Assembly: GCA_024277355.1 (NCBI GenBank)
Contig: JAJRVL010000008.1
Span: 1-23,972, forward strand
From: an archaeon
GTDB lineage: Archaea; Iainarchaeota; Iainarchaeia; Iainarchaeales; 1-14-0-10-31-34
Reading direction: 5' to 3'
Length of the DNA: 23,972 nucleotides
The notes under the pieces were generated by a model that worked only from the letters and a program-made list of their open reading frames with translations, ran no database searches and had not been told where the DNA came from. Shown piece after piece: positions 16,741 through 23,972 of the stretch. Numbering within the stretch: the first letter of the stretch is position 1; each line of letters begins with the position of its first letter. The translations under genes and the position numbers were made by a program.

Positions 16741-17829
16741 ATGAAGTCATTTAATATAGGGAAAATTTCAGGAATAGACATAGAACTGCATTCCACTTTT
16801 GTTTTATTTATTGGATTTTTCGTTTTATTGCTTGCATTATTTGATCCAGCAAATTTAATTGGAAGTATTATTTTAATTATTTTTTTGTTTACTTCAGTTT
16901 TCTTTCATGAATTATCTCATTCAATGGTTTCAATTCAAAAAGGAATTAAAGTAAAAAAAATTATTCTGCTTCCAATTGGAGGGATGGCTTTAACAGAAAA
17001 AATGCCAGACAAACCAAAAGATGAATTTTTGATTGCAATTGCAGGCCCATTATTTAATTTTGCAGTAGTGTTTTTTCTTATTGTATTAATTGCTTTAACT
17101 GAAATTTCTTTCCCTACTTCAGAAATCATTTCAGAACAGGGAATTAATTCAGTTTTAATGAATTACCCTGTTTTTGCATTACTTTATGTTAATTTAATGC
17201 TAGGAGCATTTAATTTGTTTGTTCCTGCTTTGCCTTTAGACGGAGGAAGAGTCTGGAGGTCATTGCTTGCAATAAAATTCGGCAAAAGCAAGGCAACAAA
17301 ATTTATTTCAAAATTAAGTGAAATAATTGCAGTAATACTGTTTATTGCAGGATTATTTGGAGCAGGAATACTGCTTTCAGTTATTGCAGTGTTTATTTAT
17401 TTTGCATCAAAACAGGAAAACGAAATGCAGCAAATGAAATATGCATTAAAAGGAATTTCAATTAAAGGAATAATAAATAAAAAAATTCCTGCAACAAAAA
17501 CAGACTTATACATAAATGATTTGTTTGAGTTAATGCAAAAAGAAAACAAACAGGCTTTTTTGTTTAAAGGAAAAAGAATCAGTTATATTGATTTGAATTT
17601 AATGAAGAAATTTCAGAGAAAAAAATGGAATAAAATAAAAATTTCAAATATTGCAGTTGAAGCAGTTTCTGTTCCTTCTGCAGTTAAAGCAGAAAAAGCA
17701 ATGGAATGGTTTATGACAACAAACTATCAGTTTATTTTAGTTAAAGAAAAACAGAAAATTAAAGGAATAATTGAAAGAAAAGAAATGGAAAAACTGTTTG
17801 AATTAGCTAAAGCAGAAAAAAAGATTTAA
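16741..17829 (+). CDS. Site-2 protease family zinc metalloprotease (M50, SpoIVFB/CBS-type)
   Basis: HELSH in TSVFFHELSHSMVSIQKGIKVKKIILLPIGGMA, AGPLFNFAVVFF and LPLDGGRVWRSLLA, plus a C-terminal ~110 aa soluble region resembling CBS motifs. Confidence 0.9.
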   Translation: MKSFNIGKISGIDIELHSTFVLFIGFFVLLLALFDPANLIGSIILIIFLFTSVFFHELSHSMVSIQKGIKVKKIILLPIGGMALTEKMPDKPKDEFLIAIAGPLFNFAVVFFLIVLIALTEISFPTSEIISEQGINSVLMNYPVFALLYVNLMLGAFNLFVPALPLDGGRVWRSLLAIKFGKSKATKFISKLSEIIAVILFIAGLFGAGILLSVIAVFIYFASKQENEMQQMKYALKGISIKGIINKKIPATKTDLYINDLFELMQKENKQAFLFKGKRISYIDLNLMKKFQRKKWNKIKISNIAVEAVSVPSAVKAEKAMEWFMTTNYQFILVKEKQKIKGIIERKEMEKLFELAKAEKKI

Positions 17830-17859
17830 ATTAACAAAATGCATTAAATTGTTGGTTAT

Positions 17860-19308
17860 ATGCAAAAAAAAATCAATGCAAAAAAATTTCTTATTTTAAT
17901 CCTGCTAATTGGATTAATGTTAAGATTTGCACCGGTTTATTTATTTGATACGCAGATTAGTTATGACGCCCCATATCATCAGAGAATAGCAGAAAAAGTT
18001 TTTGAAACAAAAAGCATTCCAAAAATTGATGAAAGTTTAGGTGGAAGAGCAAATATTTATCCTCCTTTATACAGCGTATTCCAGAATATAATTCATTATA
18101 CAACTGGATTTAATTTTTTCTTTTTGGGAATGATTTTACTGCCTTTTATTTCACTGTTGACTGTGCTAACTGTTTTTGTTTTTGTAAGAAAATATTCAGG
18201 AGAAAGAAAGGCTTTGATTGCTGCTTTTCTTACAGCAGTTTCTTCTTCTTTGATTGCTTATGCTTTTGACAGTCCTGAAAACTTTGTTTTCTTTTTCCTT
18301 CCAATAATAATTTTGTTTTTTAATGAAAAGAAAAGTAAATTAGGTGCATTAATTTATTCTGCCGGATTAATGTGGAATTATTTAATTATAATTGCTTCTT
18401 TTGTTCCTTTAATTTTTTATTTAAGGAAAAAAATAAAAGAATTAGTTTATGTTGTTTCAGGATTAATTTTAGTTGTAATTTATTATTTTGTTTTTCATGG
18501 AGAAAGCTTTTTTTACAGCCATGACATTAATTTAGCAATAGATTTTATTTCATTGAGTTTTAAGCCTGCTTTTTTTATTTCAGTTTTAATTACTTATGTT
18601 TTAATTATTCCTTTAATTTATTTTATTTACAAAAACGGAATAGAAAAAAAAGTTAATTACTGGAAATACTTTATTTTTGTAAGTTTAATTGCATTAACAA
18701 CAATTTTTCTGACTCCGTTTTTAAGAGTATGGGAGCAAATAAAATTTTTGTCTTTAAGTTCAATTATAGTGATTAGTTCAATTAAATTGTTTGACAAAAA
18801 AATGAAAATTTACACAGGAATTTATGCTTTGGTTTTGCTTTGTTCAGCAGTATTTATGTCTTTTCAGGGATTTTATCCCAGTACTCAAAAACAGGATTTT
18901 TATTCAATGGAATTTTTAGAGGAATTTACTGAAAAAGGTTCAATTCTTGCTGAACCAAGTTTTTCTGAACATATAAGGAATTCAACTGAATTAGATAAAA
19001 GAGTTTTAACTTCACTTTATTTTGAAAATGCAGGAAAAAATTCTTTTTTAAAAGAAAGTTTAACTTATTTGACTTTTCAGGAAATAGAAAATGAAAAAGA
19101 ATTCTTTGAAAAAACTAATCTGGAATTTATTGTATTTAATTTTGAAGATAAAGCAGTAAGAAACACTGAAAAGATTGCTTCACAAAATTATTTTGATAAA
19201 ATTTATTCAATTAAATACAGGAAAAATTGTTTAATTAAAAATTCAGTGAGTTTTGCCTGCGGATTAAATGAAACAGAAATATTAAAATATAATGAAAATA
19301 AACAATAA
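17860..19308 (+). CDS. GT-C/STT3-like membrane glycosyltransferase
   Basis: 482 aa, many TM helices, N-terminal acidic loop YLFDTQISYDAPYHQRIAEKVFETKSIPKIDESLGGRANIYPPLYS, C-terminal soluble segment with GSILAEPSFSEHIRNSTELDKRVLTSLYFEN. Confidence 0.65.
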   Translation: MQKKINAKKFLILILLIGLMLRFAPVYLFDTQISYDAPYHQRIAEKVFETKSIPKIDESLGGRANIYPPLYSVFQNIIHYTTGFNFFFLGMILLPFISLLTVLTVFVFVRKYSGERKALIAAFLTAVSSSLIAYAFDSPENFVFFFLPIIILFFNEKKSKLGALIYSAGLMWNYLIIIASFVPLIFYLRKKIKELVYVVSGLILVVIYYFVFHGESFFYSHDINLAIDFISLSFKPAFFISVLITYVLIIPLIYFIYKNGIEKKVNYWKYFIFVSLIALTTIFLTPFLRVWEQIKFLSLSSIIVISSIKLFDKKMKIYTGIYALVLLCSAVFMSFQGFYPSTQKQDFYSMEFLEEFTEKGSILAEPSFSEHIRNSTELDKRVLTSLYFENAGKNSFLKESLTYLTFQEIENEKEFFEKTNLEFIVFNFEDKAVRNTEKIASQNYFDKIYSIKYRKNCLIKNSVSFACGLNETEILKYNENKQ

Positions 19309-19368
19309 TTATTGAAAGGTGATTAATTTAAAAACATTAGGCGAACCTAATATTTAAGAGTTGATTGA

Positions 19369-20619
19369 ATGAATTTAAGTTTAAACACAATTTTAGCTGC
19401 ATCAGGAATAATTATTTTGTTTTTAGTTTTATTTAATTCGTTTAACGACACTCTTCCAACAGAAAATAAGCTGAATATTTTTAGTTCAGATGAAGTTGAT
19501 GTAAAAGGAACAACAGATGAATCAATAACAGACAGAACAGAAATTAATCAGGAAATAAATAAGTCAGGAACAAAAGAAAGCACGCTTCCTTTGTTAACTG
19601 AAGTTTCCGCTCAATTAAGCATTAAAGAAACAGAAATAAAAACAACTTCTTCTGGAAAAAAATATATTGTTGATCCAAATGAAATTCAAGAAGGCTGTTC
19701 TGGAATGGACTGCATTCCTTCAATTGAAAACCCTGATTTTGAATCTGCAGAAAATGCTTCTAAATGGCTTGAAAAAGATGATTTTGTTCTTGCATTGAAT
19801 TTTTTTGGCGAAAAAAGAGCTTATCCTTTAATGATTTTAGATTTGCATGAAATAGTTAATGATAAAATAAAAGGACTTCCTGTTGTTGTAAGTTATTGTC
19901 CTTTATGCGGAACTGGATTAGCTTTTTACAGGGTTTTGAACGGAAAAGAAGTTGAATTTGGAGTTTCAGGAAAACTTCTTAATTCTGATTTAGTAATGTA
20001 TGACAGAAAAACAGAAACTTACTGGAGCCAGATTTCAGGAAAAGGAATTGTAGGAAAATTATCTGGATTTAAATTAAAGCAGATTCCAATTGAAACAGTT
20101 AAATGGGGAAACTGGAAAGAACAAAATCCTGATACAATAGTTTTATCTAGAAATCAGGGAATTTATCCTGAAAGCCAGTGTGGTTATTATCCTTACGGCA
20201 ATTATCAGTCAAGCGGAAGCATTTATTTTCCTGTTGCTGCAAAAGATGACAGATACCCTGAAAAAAAGATTACTTTTGGAATAGGAATAAATGAAGAATT
20301 TAAGGCTTATTTTGAAACTGATTTAAAGAAAATGCCTGTAATAAATGATGAATTAGGCGGAAAACAAATTTTAGTTGTGAGAAATCCTTTAACTGAAAGC
20401 ATAAAATTTTTTGACAGGGAAATAAACGGGAAAGTTTTTAAATTCAGTTTAACAGAAGAAAAACTTTTTGATTCTGAAGGAAATGAATGGAGTTTTGAAG
20501 GAACAGGCTTAACAGGAGAAATTAAAGGAAAAAATTTAGTTCAAATTAATTCTGTCAGAGGCTTTTGGTTTGCATGGTTTGCATTCCATCCAAGAACAAA
20601 TATATTTGAATTACCTTAA
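19369..20619 (+). CDS. DUF3179 family protein with N-terminal membrane anchor
   Basis: RAYPLMILDLHEIVNDKIKGLPVVVSYCPLCGTGLAFYRVLNGKEVEFGVSGKLLNSDLVMYDRKTETYWSQISGKGIVG...DTIVLSRNQG is highly characteristic of DUF3179. Confidence 0.9.
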   Translation: MNLSLNTILAASGIIILFLVLFNSFNDTLPTENKLNIFSSDEVDVKGTTDESITDRTEINQEINKSGTKESTLPLLTEVSAQLSIKETEIKTTSSGKKYIVDPNEIQEGCSGMDCIPSIENPDFESAENASKWLEKDDFVLALNFFGEKRAYPLMILDLHEIVNDKIKGLPVVVSYCPLCGTGLAFYRVLNGKEVEFGVSGKLLNSDLVMYDRKTETYWSQISGKGIVGKLSGFKLKQIPIETVKWGNWKEQNPDTIVLSRNQGIYPESQCGYYPYGNYQSSGSIYFPVAAKDDRYPEKKITFGIGINEEFKAYFETDLKKMPVINDELGGKQILVVRNPLTESIKFFDREINGKVFKFSLTEEKLFDSEGNEWSFEGTGLTGEIKGKNLVQINSVRGFWFAWFAFHPRTNIFELP

Positions 20620-21420
20620 TTTTTTTATTTCATTAAAAGGACCTGAAATAAAAATATCCTCCATTAACTTTATTTGAATAAAAGAAAAATAAATTTTCAC
20701 TGATTCATCTTCATTTAGTTTTAAAGAAAAAACAAATTCAAGGAAATTTTTTAAGGATTCTTTTTTCATTGAAAAAGAAGGTTTTTTTGATTTAACAGAA
20801 AATTTTTCTGAAATTAATTCAAAAATACTTTCAGGACATTCAACAAAAAACTCATTTAAATTAAAAGAAGAAAAAAATAAAACAATTTTTTTAACTGAAT
20901 TTTTTTCTTTAGGCAGAGAAAAAGAATCATTGAAATTTAATTCTTTTAATGAAGTTAATTGTTTTGAAAGGATTTTAGATAAATAAGTTAAATGTTTTAT
21001 TTTTTCATTAGTTTTTGTATTTAATTTATCTAAATCAGAAATAAAAAAAGTAGAAGAGTTTTTTGCTGCTTTTAGTAAATCTGCATCATTTTTTGACCGT
21101 TCAATTACATTATGCAGTTGTTCTACAATTGAATCTAATTCATTTATTTTTTTGGATGAAGCCATAGTAGAATTTAATTTCATTAAAAGCTTGTTTTTCA
21201 TTTCAAAAGAAATAGTTGAATTTCCTTTGTCAGTAATAAAATAAAAGTTGTCTTTTTTTTTCAATAAGCCAAAAGAAACAGAATCCTTTAAAGTACGGGA
21301 AAGAGATGCTCGGGCTGAATTAACTGAACCAAAATCTGAAGCAATTTTTCCAAGCAATGAATTATATGTAATCCCAGGAGACTGCTTCACCATTAACAAA
21401 ATAGAATTTCTTGCAGTCAT
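20611..21420 (-). CDS. Hypothetical protein with N-terminal winged-helix-like domain
   Basis: ORF track start is 21468; the internal Met at 21420 (MTARNSILLMVKQSPGITYNSLLGKIASDFGSVNSARASLSRTLKDSVSFGLLKKKDNFYFITDKG) gives a wHTH-like start. It overlaps the 3' end of the DUF3179 gene by 9 bp tail-to-tail. Confidence 0.65.
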   Translation of the reverse strand: MTARNSILLMVKQSPGITYNSLLGKIASDFGSVNSARASLSRTLKDSVSFGLLKKKDNFYFITDKGNSTISFEMKNKLLMKLNSTMASSKKINELDSIVEQLHNVIERSKNDADLLKAAKNSSTFFISDLDKLNTKTNEKIKHLTYLSKILSKQLTSLKELNFNDSFSLPKEKNSVKKIVLFFSSFNLNEFFVECPESIFELISEKFSVKSKKPSFSMKKESLKNFLEFVFSLKLNEDESVKIYFSFIQIKLMEDIFISGPFNEIKKLR

Positions 21421-21497
21421 GTTAATAAGAAGGTTTTTGGGAAATAAAAAGGTTTCTGCTGAAAGCAATTTTAATAAAACTTTGAGAAAGATTTTGA

Positions 21498-22202
21498 TTA
21501 AACCATAACAAACTTTAAAGGAACTCCAAATTTAGATAATTTTTCTCTGTAAAAAGCTTTTTTCTTTTGAATTTCTTTTTTTGAAAGCTTTTTTAGAATA
21601 TGAATATTTACTCTTGCAATTTGGTCTGAAGAAACTTTTTCAATGAAAGCTTCATTAAATTCACTGAAAAAATTTTTATTTAATTTAGTTATTAAGTCAA
21701 TAGAAAAACTGTCTCCTTTAGTTATGCCTGATTTAGCTTTTTTTGCCCATATTAAATCAGACTGTCTTTTTAAAGAAATGCTTGAATTAGGTTTTACTTT
21801 TCCTTCAAAACTTTGTGAAAGAATTCTCATTAAATCAATAAAAGGAATTGCAGGATTAACTCTTCCTGAAACTGAATGAGAAAAAGGGTGAGGTTTTATT
21901 ATAAAATTTCCTTTTGGAAACTTAGTCAGCTTAAAATATATTTCTTTTCCGTCTGAAAGATTTAATTTAATTAAAGATTCTTTAACTGACTTGTCAGCCA
22001 ATTTAAGGGAAATCTGTTTTTTAAAATTTAATGCTGACTTTTTGTTTAACTTTAAACCATATTTTTTAAATTCCCTTGAAATTGATGCAGACTTAAGATT
22101 AAATAAATCAATAAAACTTCCTTTAAAATAAGTTAAAGGCTTAACTCCTTTTCTTGGAGACTTGAATTTTTTTATAAAAGATTTTCTTTTCTTGAAAGGC
22201 AT
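21498..22202 (-). CDS. Hypothetical protein
   Basis: Long minus-strand ORF of normal composition; likely start at 22202 (MPFKKRKSFIKKFKSPRKGVK...) rather than 22256. No family recognised. Confidence 0.65.
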   Translation of the reverse strand: MPFKKRKSFIKKFKSPRKGVKPLTYFKGSFIDLFNLKSASISREFKKYGLKLNKKSALNFKKQISLKLADKSVKESLIKLNLSDGKEIYFKLTKFPKGNFIIKPHPFSHSVSGRVNPAIPFIDLMRILSQSFEGKVKPNSSISLKRQSDLIWAKKAKSGITKGDSFSIDLITKLNKNFFSEFNEAFIEKVSSDQIARVNIHILKKLSKKEIQKKKAFYREKLSKFGVPLKFVMV

Positions 22203-22302
22203 AAAATAATTAGCTTTTTTAACTATAAAAACCTGCTGATAAAACAAGCAAAACAAATAAAAACAAGGTTTTCCTTTATTATTAAAATAAAAAAGTGATT
22301 AA

Positions 22303-23082
22303 ATGATTAAGTCTTTAACTGAATCAGTTTTAATGCTGATAAAGAAACCGCAAATTTTAATTCCAGGAATAATTTTTCTTTTAACAGATTTTATTTTCAG
22401 GTATTTAACTGAAGAATCTGCAATAGAAACCATGTTTAAGTTTTTTGAGTTTTCATCTTATCCTGTTTTTACTTTAGATAAAATGCCTTTTTATTTTCTT
22501 TCAAGTTATTCAGGAGAAGCAATTTTTTTAACTTTAATTTTAGGAATAAGTTCCATTATAGGATTAATGTTTTCAGTTTCAATTGCAAATTATGTTTTTG
22601 AAAAAAAATCAATAATTAATTCAGTTGTCTTTGCTGTAAAAAACTTAATGAAAATAACTGGATTTGTATTATTTTTTGGATTAATTTTATTATTTTCTGC
22701 AGCAGTATTATGGATTGTAATGCTGTTTGCTTTGGCAGCAGGATTAATAGGAATAACATTGTTATTGCTTGTGATTTTGTTAATGGGTTTTGTGTTAATT
22801 CATTTTGCTTTTGTTCCAGCATTACTAGGAAAAGGAATGAAAATAAAAGAAGCATTTAAAGAAAGCTGGAATTTTTCATCAAAAAATTTAATGCAGTTAA
22901 TTCTGCTTTTAATTGGAATAACAATAATTAATTTTATTTTAGGACAGGTTTATTTACAAATATTAAACACTTCTTTTGGAGAAACAGACTTAATGATTTT
23001 AGTGGAAATGGTTTTTTCATTAATAATTTTAAGTTACACTAATATTGTTTTTCCTTTATTTTACCTTAATACAAACAAATAA
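22303..23082 (+). CDS. Multi-pass membrane protein, hypothetical
   Basis: 259 aa, several TM segments (FLLTDFIFRYL, FLTLILGISSIIGLMFSVSIANYVF, ITGFVLFFGLILLFSAAVLWIVMLFALAAGLIGITLLLLVILLMGFVL). GTGAT 3 nt upstream of the ATG. Confidence 0.75.
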   Translation: MIKSLTESVLMLIKKPQILIPGIIFLLTDFIFRYLTEESAIETMFKFFEFSSYPVFTLDKMPFYFLSSYSGEAIFLTLILGISSIIGLMFSVSIANYVFEKKSIINSVVFAVKNLMKITGFVLFFGLILLFSAAVLWIVMLFALAAGLIGITLLLLVILLMGFVLIHFAFVPALLGKGMKIKEAFKESWNFSSKNLMQLILLLIGITIINFILGQVYLQILNTSFGETDLMILVEMVFSLIILSYTNIVFPLFYLNTNK

Positions 23083-23090
23083 GTGAAAAA

Positions 23091-23972
23091 ATGAATACAG
23101 TCAGAATAGGAAAATTAAGGTTAAAAAACTTTAAATCATTCAGAAAAGCAAGCATTCCTTTCAGCAAAGGATTTACTGCAATAGTTGGAAGCAATGGAAG
23201 CGGAAAAAGCAATATATTAGATGCAATAATGTTTGTTTTGGGAATGACTTCATTGAAAATGATGAGGGCCTCACAATTAATTGATTTAGTTAACAATGAA
23301 TCAAAAGAAGATTATGCTTTAGATGAAATGGAATTAATTGAAAAAGAAAAAAAATATTTAATTTCAAGGACAATAGACAAACAAGGGAAATCAGTTTATA
23401 GAATTGACTCAAAAAGAACTACCTTAAACGAAGTTACTTCATTGTTAAATGAATTAGGAATAAGTGCAACAGGATATAATATTGTGGTCCAAGGAGATGT
23501 TACAAGAATAATTGAAATGAATCCAGTTCAAAGAAGAGAAATAATAGATGATTTAGCCGGATTAAGTGAATTTGACAACAAAAAAAACGAATCAATAAAA
23601 GAATTAGACAAAGTTAACACAAAAATAAAAGAAATAACTATTGTGTTAAAAGAAAGAGAAACTTATATTGAAGAATTAGAAAAAGAAAGAAAAGCTGCAA
23701 TAGAATACCAGGAATTAACCAAAGAACACACTCAGGTTAAATTCACTATTATAAAAGAAGAAATAAAAAAAATAAGCAGTTTAATGCAGGAAAATGAAAA
23801 AAAAATAAGTTTAGTGAAAGAAAAAAAAGAAGAAATATTAAAACATAAAATAGAAATAGAAAAAGAAGAAACAGAATTAACTGCAAAAATAGAAGAAATA
23901 AATAATAAAATAATTGAAGCAAAAGAAAAAACTTATTCAGGAGTAGGAATAGAAATAGAAGAAACTAAATCA
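23091..23972 (+). CDS. smc: Chromosome segregation protein SMC, N-terminal part (runs off right edge)
   Basis: MNTVRIGKLRLKNFKSFRKASIPFSKGFTAIVGSNGSGKSNILDAIMFVLG...GYNIVVQGDVTRIIEMNPVQRREIIDDLAGLSEFDNKK, then coiled coil, open for 294 codons to the window end. Not in the ORF track because no stop is reached. Confidence 0.95.
   Translation, partial: MNTVRIGKLRLKNFKSFRKASIPFSKGFTAIVGSNGSGKSNILDAIMFVLGMTSLKMMRASQLIDLVNNESKEDYALDEMELIEKEKKYLISRTIDKQGKSVYRIDSKRTTLNEVTSLLNELGISATGYNIVVQGDVTRIIEMNPVQRREIIDDLAGLSEFDNKKNESIKELDKVNTKIKEITIVLKERETYIEELEKERKAAIEYQELTKEHTQVKFTIIKEEIKKISSLMQENEKKISLVKEKKEEILKHKIEIEKEETELTAKIEEINNKIIEAKEKTYSGVGIEIEETKS

Noticed and set aside
19336-19351. Small inverted repeat ATTAGG-CGAA-CCTAAT before the DUF3179 gene
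   Set aside because: A 6-bp stem only, with no following T-tract and no second copy noticed. Insufficient to call a regulatory RNA.
1-23972. CRISPR array, toxin-antitoxin, transposase or retron signatures
   Set aside because: No direct-repeat/spacer pattern, transposase motifs, reverse transcriptase motifs or terminal inverted repeats were seen on either strand by eye.

Overview
This is an AT-rich window that reads like an archaeal chromosome, plausibly DPANN-type. The support for that is TATA-like boxes, leaderless starts mixed with short GTGA-type Shine-Dalgarno sites, a tRNA without encoded CCA carrying a small intron, a HerA/DUF87 ATPase and an archaeal-like SMC. The lineage itself is inference. 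Recognisable genes are: a secreted Asp-box (BNR-like) protein running off the left edge and absent from the ORF track; an FN3 plus Cys-module lipoprotein; rpe; an intron-containing tRNA-Ala(CGC); an M17 leucyl aminopeptidase split by one in-frame TGA; a HerA/DUF87-type ATPase; a minus-strand cluster glmS - GNAT - (HAD::YvcK/GlmR-like fusion); a divergent TrmB-like HTH regulator; a PTS-IIB-like small protein; a DUF202 protein; a DUF4013-like protein; an M50 site-2 protease with CBS-like tail; a GT-C/STT3-like glycosyltransferase; a DUF3179 protein; several hypotheticals; and the 5' part of smc. I see no CRISPR array, transposon or obvious defence island. The strongest candidates for something undescribed are (1) the compact glmS / acetyltransferase / HAD-GlmR fusion cluster with a divergent sugar-regulator-like gene and a palindrome-rich intergenic region, (2) the in-frame TGA in pepA, and (3) the 15-module two-cysteine repeat lipoprotein.
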